Shown one piece after another: positions 1-12,169 of a stretch of DNA of 64,000 nt (position 1 is its first letter; each line of letters opens with the position of its first letter). The stretch spans positions 65,410,001 to 65,474,000 of the forward strand of contig NC_091481.1 of assembly GCF_036971445.1 (NCBI RefSeq), in the 5' to 3' direction. The notes beneath the pieces are model-generated. The model saw only the letters and a list, made by a program, of their open reading frames with translations. It had not been told where the DNA came from and did no database searches. The translations under genes and the position numbers were made by a program. This stretch comes from Narcine bancroftii (Eukaryota).

Positions 1-277
1 GGCATGTAATTATTTACCTTCTGTGAATTGAGCTAATTGTCTATCTTGTAATGTGCAGCACCTCAATGTCTGCTTTACAGGGAAGGGGTGCCCATAAACT
101 TTGAGCAGTGTCCTAAGGAGTTGGGGGGGGGGGCTGCCATAAAAAAAGGTTTAGAATGGCTGGTTTAGCACCTGAAAAAGGGTCTTTGACCTGTTTTTGT
201 CTTCACAGATTCTGCTGATTGCTCCCAGCATGTTCTGATTTTATTTCAGCTTTTGCGGCATCTGCAGAGTTTGATTT

Positions 278-578
278 GCATTAGGTTCAAGACTGAAGCG
301 GGCAAGGCTGCCAGCCACCATCATGTTGACCTTCTGCATGAGCTCTATCGAGAGCATCACAGTGCAGGTACGGTTGCTGCAGAGAAATGGATCAGAGGTC
401 AATCCGCAGGGCTATCAGAGAGATAGAGAGGATCCCCGGGGTCTCCCTCTCCCTCATCGACGTGATCTACCGGGATCATTGTCGTAAGAGGGCCGCAAAA
501 TCATCGAGGAACCCTTCCACCCCTGCACACAGCATCTTTCAGCTCCTCCTGTCAGAAAAGAGATACAGGAGCATCAGA
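278..578 (+). mobile_element. Rex1/Babar-type LINE 3' fragment
   Basis: Encodes ...SSIES...HPAHSIFQLLLSEKRYRSIR. Same family as 29450-30535, 35310-35790 and 42770-43650. Confidence 0.7.
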
Positions 579-2279
579 AGCGACGCCATGTACAAGTCAC
601 CGGGGGGGCAAGGGTGTACCCAACGTGGGCCTCATCCTGATGACCACCTTCATGAGTGGCTGCATCAGGCTGTGCGTGGAACCAAGGTACGAGGGTACCA
701 AGCCCCGCTACGTGCTGAGGTTGTACCAGTCCCAAGTGTTGCAAAGGATAGGCCTGGCCCCGCTGCCACGCAGCACCCCAGTTAGCTGGACGTTGCCGCA
801 CTACCTTCATGGAAAGGTTTGACACCTGAAGGTAGAAACTCACGTGAATAGGGTGGTGAAGAAGGCTTTTAGTATGCTGGCCTTTATCAATCATTGCATG
901 GAATATAGGTGTTGGGAGGTGATGTTGAGACTGTATAAGGCGTTGGTGCGGCCTAATTTGGAGTTCTGTGTGCAGTTCTGGTCGCCTAATTAGAGGAAGG
1001 ATATAAACAGAGTGGAGAGAGTGCAGAGAAGGTTGACCAGAATGTTACCTGGGTTTAAGCATCTAGAGTATAGGGAGAGATTGGACAGATTAGGTCTTTA
1101 TTCTTTGGAGCGTAGAAGGTTGAGAGGGGATTTGATAGAAGTATTTAAGATTATGAAAGGGATAGACAGAGTGGATGTGGATAGACTATTTCCGTTAAGA
1201 GGAGGAAAGATTAAAACAAGAGGACATGAGTTAAGAATTAAGGGGCAGAGGTTTAGAGATAACATGAGGGGGAACTTCTTTACTCAGAGAGTGGTAGCCG
1301 TGTGGAATGATCTTCCGGGAGAAATAGTGGCGGCGGAGTCAATTGTATTATTTAAGAAAAGGTTGGACAGGTATATGGATGAGAAGAAGATGGAGGGTTA
1401 TGGGCATTGTGCAGGGAGGTGGGACTAGAAAGGGGTGTTTGGTTCGGTGCGGACTAGAAGGGCCTAATGGCCTGTTTCCGTGCTGTAATTGTTGTTATAT
1501 GTTACAAGGCCATCAGGCAATGGTCAGCACCGAACATACTGCAGAAACTGAGAGCCGAGGACTCGATGAACCTAGTGATGTTGTTCCCTGAACTGAACAT
1601 CCAGGTTATCTGGCAGAATGCTCATCGCCAGGGCTCACAAACAAGCCTGGCTGGCGGTGAGGGGAGCCATCCCAGTCAGATCCTTCCTGTACAACCAGAA
1701 CAACACATGTGCTGCCCTCGAGACGTGTGGAGTGGAGTGGAGACAGTCGTCCACCTCTTTGCCAAATGCAGATTCGCCCAGAGTGTGTGGAGAAGGGTGC
1801 AAGGGTCCTTGTCACGGTTCATCCCCAACAGCAGCAGCACGACAGAGGACTCTCTGATCTGTGGGCTGTTCCCGGCAGAGTGCACATAATCAGATATCGA
1901 AAACTGGTGGAAGACCATCAACTGGGTGAAAGATGCACTTTGGTCGGCTCGAAACCTGTTGGGTCTTTCAGCGCACGGAGACGGCGGTGCTGACTGGCAC
2001 ATTCCAAGCTGTAGGAGGACGTGGCGGGGGACGCGCTGAGGCCTGGTGTGGCCAATGCAAAGGCGCCGTGGGGAAGGGTCACAGTGTGGAGACCTTCCAT
2101 CGCCGGGGCTGAGACTCAGAGAAAGTCCCTCAACCTATAGGGCTGGGCAAGGGGGGGAGGGAAGGTAATGGTGTAAATGGAACTGAATGTAACAGGCCAG
2201 GGTGATGGAAATGTATAGATATGAAAGTAAGGGTGGGAACAGACTCTGAACGGTTTTCCTTTTGTAATAGTTTATTGTG
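579..2279 (+). mobile_element. Tx1/L1-clade LINE 3' part (zf-RVT region), interrupted by a CR1, tail resumes at 3656-3685
   Basis: Degenerate ORF2 C-terminus AWLAVRGAIPVRSFLY...ETVVHLFAKCRFAQSVW...WKTINWVKDALWSARN, ending in aataaagtctatttttgg(a)n after the RTE insertion. Confidence 0.75.
824..1503 (+). mobile_element. CR1 LINE 3' fragment nested in the Tx1 element
   Basis: LVRPNLEFCVQFWSP...ERVQRRLTRMLPG...LERRRLRGDLIEVFKI...TRGHEL, with a short gttatat repeat tail. Confidence 0.9.
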
Positions 2280-3644
2280 CCCGATGGAGATGTGGGGGGG
2301 CTGGTAGTCATGGTGGGGAGCTGGCTGATGGAGGACCTCAGTTTTCTTCAGGCTGACTTCCAGGCCAAACATTTTGGCAGTTTCCGCAAAGCAGGACGTC
2401 AAGCGCTGAAGAGCTGGCTCTGAATGGGCAACTAAAGCGGCATCATCTGCAAAGAGTAGTTCACGGACAAGTTTCTCTTGTGTCTTGGTGTGAGCTTGCA
2501 GGCGCCTCAGATTGAAGAGACTGCCATCCGTGCGGTACCGGATGTAAACAGCGTCTTCATTGTTGGGGTCTTTCATGGCTTGGTTCAGCATCATGCTGAA
2601 GAAGATTGAAAAGAGGGTTGGTGCGAGAACACAGCCTTGCTTCACGCCATTGTTAATGGAGAAGGGTTCAGAGAGCTCATTGCTGTATCTGACCCGACCT
2701 TGTTGGTTTTCGTGCAGTTGGATAATCATGTTGAGGAACTTTGGGGGACATCCGATGCGCTCTAGTATTTGCCAAAGCCCTTTCCTGCTCACGGTGTCGA
2801 AGGCTTTGGTGAGGTCAACAAAGGTGATGTAGAGTCCTTTGTTTTGACCAGTTTACCTATCTCGGCTGCACCATTTCATCAGATGCAAGGATCGACAATG
2901 AGATAGACAACAGACTCGCCAAGGCAAATAGCGCCTTTGGAAGACTACACAAAAGAGTCTGGAAAAACAACCAACTGAAAAACCTCACAAAGATAAGCGT
3001 ATACAGAGCCGTTGTCATACCCACACTCCTGTTCGGCTCCGAATCATGGGTCCTCTACCGGCACCACCTACGGCTCCTAGAACGCTTCCACCAGCGTTGT
3101 CTCCGCTCCATCCTCAACATCCATTGGAGCGCTCACACCCCTAACGTCGAGGTACTCGAGATGGCAGAGGTCGACAGCATCGAGTCCACGCTGCTGAAGA
3201 TCCAGCTGCGCTGGATGGGTCACGTCTCCAGAATGGAGGACCATCGCCTTCCCAAGATCGTATTATATGGCGAGCTCTCCACTGGCCACCGTGACAGAGG
3301 TGCACCAAAGAAAAGGTACAAGGACTGCCTAAAGAAATCTCTTGGTGCCTGCCACATTGACCACCGCCAGTGGGCTGATAACGCCTCAAACCGTGCATCT
3401 TGGCGCCTCACAGTTTGGCGGGCAGCAGCCTCCTTTGAAGAAGACCGCAGAGCCCACCTCACTGACAAAAGGCAAAGGAGGAAAAACCCAACACCCAACC
3501 CCAACCAACCAATTTTCCCTTGCAACCGCTGCAATCGTGTCTGCCTGTCCCGCATCGGACTGGTCAGCCACAAACGAGCCTGCAGCTGACGTGGACTTTT
3601 TACCCCCTCCATAAATCTTCGTCCGCGAAGCCAAGCCAAAGAAG
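2280..3644 (+). mobile_element. RTE-clade LINE, 5'-truncated with 5' inversion (2280-2846 on -, 2847-3644 on +)
   Basis: The - segment encodes RT (DLTKAFDTV...GVKQGCVLAPTLF...LLFADD). The + segment continues QFTYLG...CNRCNRVCLSRIGLVSHKRAC*. GAA tail. TSD AGTTTATTGTG at 2269-2279 and 3645-3655. Confidence 0.93.
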
Positions 3645-3829
3645 AGTTTATTGTGAATAAAGTCTATTTTTGGATTTTTTAAAAATTAACGTGTTTTCAA
3701 AGGCATTACAAAGCCTGTACATGACATTGGTGAAACTGCACCAAGTATATTTTGTGTAGCTCTGGCCTCCACCAGGCTGAGGTGCAGATGGTTCCCCAGT
3801 GTAAATATCTCCAGTGTCCACCACATCCA

Positions 3830-4170
3830 TGCAATGGCCAAGAAGGTACAGGCACCAGAGCCTCTCCTCCCTCAGAAACCTGAGGGAAGCTGGTGCATCA
3901 CCTGCGTCCCTCATGAACCCCCACAGGGGCATCGTTGAAAGTATCCTGTCAGGGGGCATCACTCTGTGGGACGAGACCTCTCCGCCCAAGCCCCTCAGGG
4001 ACTGCAGAGGGTTTGCGAGCACAGCCCACGACCTTGTGAAGTGGGGGGGAGGGGGGAGGAGAGACACCCTCTATGAAGCATTTGAAAGCTGCCAAGAAAT
4101 TCTATCTCAGCAAGGTGCCAGGGGTTTTCGGTGCCCCCCTCCCCACCCCACATCAGCTCCTGGAGAAGGG
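3830..4170 (+). mobile_element. Old Rex1/Babar-type LINE fragment
   Basis: Degenerate ...LRNLRE...HRGIVESILSGGITLW... motif. Confidence 0.55.
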
Positions 4171-4754
4171 AAGGAAGAGCCAATATGCTGAGGAATCAAT
4201 GCCTTTGCCCATCCCCTCCTCTTCACCTCTGCCCCGATCTATTGTCTCTTCCACCCTGGCTCCCTGCAAAGTGTGAGGCGGTTGTGTGTGGGGTGGGGGG
4301 GGGGAGGAGGGTAGCAAAGCCAGCCAGCACGTCAAGGGTTAACTCTGCAGTCTTCCCAGGTCTGTCTGCCTGTGATGTTTCGAAATGTTTAAAAATAGAG
4401 CAGGTTCGTGTTTTAAAGTCAGCGACCCTGCAGTGCCAGAAATAGAAACAAGGTTGGTCGTGCACAGACTGCTGAGCAGGAGGTTCGTGCGTAATCTCCC
4501 AGCTGCAGAGCTCAGCTGAGCAATGGGCAAAGCAGGCGAGCAGGTTCCACACAAAGGGACACTCTCCAATTGGACGATGGGGGTTAACGCTTTAACTCTT
4601 ATATGTCCACTACCTGATGCTCATTCACTTGCCTGCTAACCTGTATTTTTTGTCCTTTTACAAATGTAGTTTATCCAATTATGACAAGAAGCCACATTAA
4701 AACAATATTTCCAGTGTTTCAGTTTCACATTACACGCTCAGATTATAACGTGGT

Positions 4755-5370
4755 CATCGCTGGAGAGACTCAAAGACTTCAAATTTCTAGGTGTCAACAG
4801 CTCCGAGGATCTGTTCTGGAGCCTCCGTGTCGATCCAATCACAAAGAAGGCTTGAGAGCACCTTTGCGAGGCACTTGAGGAGCTTCGGTTCGTCCTCAAA
4901 AACTCTTGTAAACTTCTACAGGTGGACCACGGAGAGCATTCTGGCTGGTTCCTTCACTGCCCGGTACGGAGGTGTCAACTCTCAGGACAAGAATAAACCC
5001 CGGAGAGTGGTGGACTCGGCCTGCAACATCACGGGCACCAGATCGAGGACATCTACATGAGATGGGGTCTTAAACAAAGTAGCCTCTATCCTCAAAGACC
5101 CCCACCACCCAGACCCTGCCCTCTTCACTCTGCCACCGACGGGGAAAAGGAACAGGAGCCTAAAGACGAGCACTCAACGGCACAAGGACAGCTTCTTCCC
5201 CGCTGCCGTCAGATTCCTGAATGATCAATGAACCAGACGCTGCCTTACTTTTCGTGCTCTATTATATTTATTTTTTATAGAAATGACATAAAATGATTCA
5301 TAATATGAACGTTTGCTGCAAAACACAGAATTTCACAACTTGCTCATAACAAAAAATTCTCATTCTGACC
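4755..5370 (+). mobile_element. Rex1/Babar-type LINE 3' fragment
   Basis: FKFLGV...NFYRWTTESILAG...RHKDSFFPAAVRFLN, with a (attctg)-type tail. Confidence 0.8.
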
Positions 5371-5379
5371 ATCCAGAAC

Positions 5380-5890
5380 ACACTCAATCCCCTGTGGCAC
5401 TCACCGGTTCTGGAAATCCCTCATCGTACCCGTCAACCCCGCATGCTCCTTCTCCAAAGACACACGGGCACGGGCGTAACCTCGGAAGAGGGCAGGCAGT
5501 CAGCCCGATGCCAAGCCCTCGACCACCCGCTGTCTGTACCCATATGGGTGGCCAACCTGGCCAGGCCCAGGAGCAAACCGAACAGGAGATCCCCCCCACC
5601 CCGCCGAGCGACCCACCCCACTCCTCCTCACAGGGTGACCAAAGATCAGGAGCATGAGAGTAAAATGCAGCCAAAACTTGAGGAACAGCCCCTTCAGATA
5701 CTCAAATAGAGGCTACACCTTCTCACCGTCCGTATCTACATGGTACACCGTTTCCTCCTGGCCGCAGAAATGACAGGCAGTCAGGGTGTCAGTAAATTTG
5801 TTACACGGTACAGCTCGGTGTAACACTTCCCAACCCAGGTCTCCAATGTAACAGGGGAGGACTCCTTCGAAGAGAGGACCTCCATCAGCT
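5380..5890 (-). mobile_element. Tx1-clade LINE 3' fragment
   Basis: The - strand encodes GVLPCYIGDLGWEVLHRAVPCNK...CHFCGQEETVYHV...GDLLFGLLLGLARLA (zf-RVT), with stops. Confidence 0.75.
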
Positions 5891-6044
5891 CCACCTTCTG
5901 ACCTGTTGTGAGTCCATGCACTGGACAGTGGAACTCCGTCCCCATTCAGATAATTATCACTTTTAGAATCCTCTTACTGAGGATTCTTACCCACGTTAAT
6001 ACCCATTCATTCACCCTCTTTCTCCTTATTGTCAGTACGATGGA

Positions 6045-6635
6045 CCCTCAGTATGACTCATGTCTGTCCATGGCCTCGTGTACTGTCCCACCAAGACCAT
6101 CCGTAAAATGGAAGAACCACACTTGATTTTCTGTCTGGGCACTCTCCTGCCGGATGGCATTAACCTCGACTTCTCCATTTTCTGTTGGCCCATTCTCCCT
6201 CCCTCCCTTTCCCTCATCTTCTTTCCTCTAGCTCTCCACCCCCTTCTCCGGTTTTCATTAAACCACCCCCCTTCTTCTTTCCAGTCTCCTTCACCCCAGC
6301 TCTCCTTCTCCCTCTCTCTCTCCCCTTCACTCTGTCCCCTTTGCCCCAGCTCTCTCTCTCTCTCTCTTCCCTTTTTCCTGTCTCCTTTCACAGAGCCAAA
6401 ATCCATTCTTGCATTTCCTCTTATCGTATCCAATTAGCATCTTTTGTCCGTTGGCCTGGCTTCTTCCCTCCCGTTCTTCCCTTCTTCTCTCTCCAGTCTT
6501 TTTCCAGTCTCATTCCTGTCCTTTGTACCTTGAAGAAGAAGGGCTCAGGCCCAAAATGTCGGTGATATTTCTTTACCTCCTATGGGTGCTGCGAGACCAG
6601 CTGAGATCCTCCAGTATCTCTGTGTGTTTCCACCG
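6045..6635 (+). mobile_element. Penelope-like element 3' part (GIY-YIG C-terminus plus pseudo-LTR)
   Basis: MSVHGLVYC...RKMEEPHLIFCLGTLLPDGINLDFS, a pyrimidine-rich UTR, then tgaagaagggctcaggcccaaaatgtc...ctgagatcctccag. Confidence 0.75.
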
Positions 6636-6764
6636 CCATTCAATAAGATCATGGCTGATCTCTGGATCCAGCTCAGCCACTCTTCTTAGTCTGGAAGTTA
6701 AAGGTTACTGAAGCAAGGAGGTAAGATGTAGGAAATGTGAAGGTTAATTAGGAACTTTAAGTTC

Positions 6765-7500
6765 ACAAGATACAAGACAACAGAACAGGTGCAGGCCACT
6801 AGGCCCATCGAGTCTGTTCCGTAAATCTGCACTAAGCTACTCTACACTAGTTCCAATTTCCGGCCTTTACCCCATATCTCTTGATGCCCTCACTCATGAG
6901 ATGCTTGTCCATGATGTTTAAATACTCGCAGTGATCTGGCTTCCACTTCTGTGTGCAGCAGTGAGTTCCATAGATCCACAACCCTCTGGCTAAAGAAGTT
7001 CTTCCTAATCTCTGTTTTATATGGATAACCTCTAATTTTCAGACTATGACCCCTTGTCCTCGATTCACGCACCAAGGGAAACATCTTACCCCCATCCACC
7101 CTATCTAAACCTTTCAAAATATGAAAAGCCTCTATCAGATCTCCTCTCATTCTCTTATACTTCAATGAATACAACCCAAGAACTGCCAAACGCTCCTCGT
7201 ACGTTAGCCCTTGCATTCCGGGAGTCATCCCTCTGCACCCTCTCCAACAACATCATCCTTTCTAAGATAGGGAGCCCAAAACTGCACATAATTACTCCAA
7301 ATGAGGCCTCACCAGTGCCCCATAGAGCCTCATTAACACCTCTTTACTCTTGTACACTTTTCCTCTTGAAATGAAGGCCAACATAGCATTCGCTTTCTTC
7401 ACTACGAATTTCACCTGGTCATTAACTTTTAGGTTTCCTTGCACGAGGACACCCAAGTCCCTTTGCACATCCGAGGTCTGACAAAAGTTGTCCCCATTAT
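6765..7500 (-). mobile_element. CR1 LINE 3' fragment
   Basis: QRDLGVLV...LYGALVRPHLE...MRGDLIEAFHILKG...TRGHSLK. Confidence 0.9.
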
Positions 7501-7999
7501 CTGACTGTGTGGTAGAATTTGGGGAGATTTGATGGGAATATGTGGACATAATAAAATCAGATTAGTCATGGTCAATACCAGGCTCTGCTCAACATTTATG
7601 GAACCATTCTCTGTGAAGCAGTCAAGTTTAGTTGATTTCTTCCTTATTTCTCTCTGACCAATTGCATAAAATATTTTATGATTTTTGTCCGTGAACCCCC
7701 CCCCCCCCCTTAAATGTGCTGTGGCCCCAATGGGAATGGCTGGTACAGGCAGGGATCCAAAGGGCCAGTTTCCATGCTATTTGACTCAATGACTGTCTAT
7801 AAATCAGCCACAATCCCAATGGATTCAGAATAGGTTTGAGGGACTGAATGGCCTCCTTCCAGTTCCATTTTACAACATCATACCATATCCTTCATGGGCT
7901 ATGTCTCAGGCAGTCCCTCATGGTTGGGAAGACTTGCTTCCACTCTGGTAGCCTGGTCCATTGTCTAAGGTGATCCAAGACCATTAGAAGCCAGTCTTT

Positions 8000-8560
8000 A
8001 CTGCACATACTTGGTGCTCGCCAGCGGCTATACTTTGTGAAGATTTTGAGGAGATTCAGTATGCCACCAAAGACTCTAGAAAATTCCTCCAGGTGGACCG
8101 TGGAGAGCATTCTGACTGGTTGCATCACTGTCTGGTTCAGAGGCGCCAACGCTCAGGACAGGAAAAAACTCCAAAGGTTGTTAACCCGGCCTGCAACATC
8201 ACAAGCACCAGGCTTCACTCCATCGAGGACATCTACAAGAAGCAATGTCTTAAGAAGGCAGCCTCTATCCTCAAGGACACCCCCCTCACCCCACCACCAC
8301 CCAGGCCAGGCCCTTTTCACTCTGCTCCCATCAGGAATAAGGAACCTGAAGATGAGCACTCAGCGGCACAAGGACAGCTTCTTCCCCTCCACCATCAGAT
8401 TCCCGAATGGGCAATGAACCCCAGACATGGCCTCACTGACTCCTATTTTCTTACACTATTTATTTATTTTTGAAATGTTGCTTGTAGCAATATTTGCTCT
8501 GTGACTCTGCCACAAGGCAACGAATTTCATGACATGTCCGTGACAATAAATTCTGATTCT
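8000..8560 (+). mobile_element. Rex1/Babar-type LINE 3' fragment
   Basis: TVESILTGCITVWF...RHKDSFFPSTIRF, tail acaataaattctgattctg. Confidence 0.8.
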
Positions 8561-9004
8561 GCTTGCATTGACAGGCACATCCACACTCACGTGGCGCGGA
8601 ACACTGAACTGGGAGCATTGATCTAAAGTGGGACTTGAACCATAACCGAAGGTGAGTGAGATCCCAGCAGTCACTGATGACACTCTATACTCTCTGCTAC
8701 CCGCCATCGCCCCCACACCCACCTCCTACCGTATGCCTGTGCTTTCTTTGGATGCAACCTGCTTCTATGCTCCCTGTATCTATTCATTTCCCCACATTCA
8801 TTCACAAAGCTTCTCTCTGAGACCTCTGTTCCCATTCACAGTTTCCCTCGACATCCCTTCATCCCCATGCACAGCCCCCTGGAGGCCCAGGTGTTGCCAG
8901 GGAGATGCTGGATGGACACTGAGCCAGGACTTTGTCAACTCTGTGGTCGTTCTAGTTGGGAGTGGGAGGAGAGGTGAGAACAGAAGAAGGGAAGGTACAC
9001 CCAG

Positions 9005-9005
9005 A

Positions 9006-9049
<44 letters not shown>

Positions 9050-9241
9050 CACCCAGACAAACACACACACACATGCCCAGACACACAAACACACACAAAC
9101 ACATACACACAGTCACAAACACATGCAAGCATGCATGTATACACACATGTACACACACAAACACATAGTCACACACATGAAAACACACATGTATATCATA
9201 CATATACACTCACACACATATATACACACACCCAGAGTCAC
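9005..9241. repeat. (CA)n and degenerate CA-rich microsatellite
   Basis: Directly visible; partially duplicated at 9892-10050. Confidence 0.95.
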
Positions 9242-9436
9242 NNNNNNNNNNNNNNNNNNNNNNNNNNNNNNNNNNNNNNNNNNNNNNNNNNNNNNNNNNN
9301 NNNNNNNNNNNNNNNNNNNNNNNNNNNNNNNNNNNNNNNNNNNNNNNNNNNNNNNNNNNNNNNNNNNNNNNNNNNNNNNNNNNNNNNNNNNNNNNNNNNN
9401 NNNNNNNNNNNNNNNNNNNNNNNNNNNNNNNNNNNN
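9242..9436. other. Assembly gap (N run)
   Basis: 195 consecutive N. Confidence 1.
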
Positions 9437-9719
9437 CAAGCAGGCCTTTGTTTGAATGATTAGCCACTCTAATGGAGTCCCTGTTCCTCCATGATTTCAT
9501 TCTTTCACAGAGCCGCTGGGACTCGGGCAGAGCTGAGGATTCCCCGCCTTGCTCTCACTGTCTTTTCTTTGGTGGTTCCTCCACGTTGACCCTGACCCCC
9601 ACCACCACTGGAATCCCTACAACACTCAATGGTGAACTTATTATCTATCTACCTATCTTATGTATTCATTGTCTCTTTCAATGTAATTTACAATTATAGT
9701 TTTTTTTACAAGTTCAGCT

Positions 9720-9890
9720 ATTGCATTCGCTGGAATTTTGAAGAATGAGATTGGATCTTAAAGAAACGTTTAAAATTATGAAAGGAATAGAAAGGTAGAG
9801 GTAGGTAAGTTGTTTCCATTGGTGGGGGAGACCAGAACTAGGGGACACAGCCTCAAGATTGAAGGTAGATGATTTAGGATGGAGATGAGG

Positions 9891-9924
<34 letters not shown>

Positions 9925-10412
9925 CACCCAGACAAACACACACACATGCCCAGACACACAAACACACACAAACACATACACAGTCACAAACACATGCAAG
10001 CATGCATGTATACACACATGTACACACAAACACATAGTCACACACATGAATACATAAGATAGGTAGATAGATAATAAGTTCACCATTGAGGGATTCCAGT
10101 GGTGGTGGGGGTCAGGGTCAACGTGGAGGGACCACCAAAGAAAAGAGAGTGAGAGCAAGGCGGGGAATCCTCAGCTCTGCCCGAGTCCCAGAGAGGGGTG
10201 GGGTGAATCTATGGAGTTCACTGCCCATTGAAGCAGTGGAGGCGACCTCAGTGAATATATTTAAGGTAAGGTTGAGTGGATTTTTACATAGTTAGGGGAT
10301 TAAGGAGTATGGGGAAGCGGGATGAGCCTGTCACAGATCAGCCATGATCTCATTGAATGGCAGAGAAGGGCCGATGGGCTGAATGGCCTGCTCCTGCTCT
10401 TATGTTCTTATT
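9720..10412 (+). mobile_element. CR1 3' fragment split by a roughly 295-bp templated insertion
   Basis: CR1 sequence stops at ...gagatgaggaa (about 9892) and resumes at tcccagaga..ggtgaatctatgg (about 10186). Confidence 0.8.
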
Positions 10413-10609
10413 CTTGTTCAGTTGAGTATGATAATAAATTCACCATCATTTTTAACACAGATCGAACAACAAACCTGGTTCTTTCTCGAGGCTTTGGTCA
10501 TAACTCACTATCCACTTCGTGCAAAAAGGCCACGGACTTGGTAACATGACCACGTCCCACAGTCTGATCCTGAGAGATTTCTGTCTCTCAGGTGAGCCAC
10601 GAGGACCAA

Positions 10610-10985
10610 GGAACACTACAGCGCAGAAACAAGCCCACAGGCCCTTCTAATCCCCACAGACCTGTTCCATACCCCCTTCCCATCCATGTAACTGTCCACA
10701 TTTTTCTTCAGTATCAGTATTGAGCCTGCCCTCACCACTTCAGCTGGCAGCCTGTTCCACACTCCCACCACTCTCTGCATGAAGAAGTTCTCCCAAGGGT
10801 AAAACGTGAAAGCCTGCAGACACCATGATTGAAGTAAAAACACAACGCGGGAGAACTCAGCAGGTCAAACAGTGTCCTTTATGTAGCAAAGATAAAGATA
10901 CAGAACTGATGCTTTGGGCTTGAGCCCTTCATCAAGGTTAATGTTACCTTTAAACTTTTTGTCCTTAATCCTTGTCCTCTAGTTT
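10610..10985 (-). mobile_element. CR1 3' fragment containing a Penelope pseudo-LTR (about 10800-10938)
   Basis: NFFMQRVVGVWNRLPAEVV on the - strand; gagaactcagcaggtcaaac...gagcccttcatcaagg inserted within it. Confidence 0.7.
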
Positions 10986-11404
10986 ATTTTTTAATCTCAC
11001 CCCCCTCGCCCCCCCGCCCCCCCCCCCTGCCTCCCACAGTTCTAAGGGTGTTAGGGATAGGAGTAACTACTGGAGTGATCACTTCTTGCAATCAAAGGGT
11101 TAAGGACAAAAACATCAGGTGTAGCCTGAGGTGGTAGGTTAGATTGAAATTTGGAGCATAGAGAGAGCATGGTGCTTTCAAATTTGCTGTTGACCCAACC
11201 CCTCCCTCCCAGCATCCTCCAGTGCTGTTGGGGTGATCCCAATCTCTGCGCCCCCACTCCTCCCCTCCCCTCACCCCCTTGCTGTGCATTTATGTGTCTA
11301 GCTTGGCTAAATCTAATGAGGCTTCAGGCATATGGGAATGACTCATACCAATAGAAGGCTTCCCCTTGCTTTCTCACTCTCTCTCTCTTTCTGTCTCTCT
11401 AATA

Positions 11405-11736
11405 TTTTTTAGACCGCAATGTCGGGGAAATCGCTGAAAAAATTAACATAATTACTGCCCATATGGTCGGTCACAATGGGCATCTTTTTAGACTGCAAGT
11501 ACCTGAGTGCAACAGTCCCGGGGGGGGGGGGGGGGAGGGGTTGGACGTGTTGTAGACAACTAATTTTTCTGGAACAATTTACACTGCAGGTTACCTCCAA
11601 AAAGTTGTAGGGGTCCTGCTGGATAAATCGCAGGGCAGGAATGGACTCAAAATTCCTGCACTCTCCTTTTCAGACTGCCCGTGTAGAGGCAAAATTCCTG
11701 GATTGTGCCATTACATGCCTGCAGTCTAAAAACCAT
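11405..11736. mobile_element. Non-autonomous DNA transposon (MITE-like, possibly PIF/Harbinger)
   Basis: Inverted ends ttttagactgca / tgcagtctaaaaa; internal repetition of the same motif. Confidence 0.45.
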
Positions 11737-12169
11737 CTCACTCTCTCACAAAACGTACATGCACACGCACATGTACACACACGCGCGTGCGCATCTCTAT
11801 AATCCACCAGCCTTCCTTCCCTCACTGAAGATCACATAGATTAACCTAACTTCACCAAGCAATGAGTCACAGTGTGAGTCAGGATTCCCTTCTTCAAGGA
11901 TTTAACACTTAGTCTCTGTGACATGCTGTGCCTAGGCTTCACTGCTGGGAATTCCTTTGTTTAAGCAAGTGCTTCCAAGATTCCTATGTAGAGTAGCAGG
12001 GTAGTCTACCACATGGAGAGGGCCACTCGCTCCAGATGTTCAGACTCAGAGCGTTTGGGCTGAATAGTTCTTTCTGTTCTATTCTTTTCACTTACTTATC
12101 GATGGAACGTGAATATCATCGGCATTTACTGCTCATCTGAGCTTGAAAAAGCAACTGTACTGGGGCTCT

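Noticed and set aside
5727-5902. Apparent - strand exon bounded by cag| and |gtgag, a candidate for the divergent gene
   Set aside because: It translates as the Tx1 zf-RVT region and continues beyond the supposed splice sites.
8652-9500. Long His/Thr- or Cys/Val-rich ORFs
   Set aside because: These are translations of the (CA)n microsatellite and the N gap.
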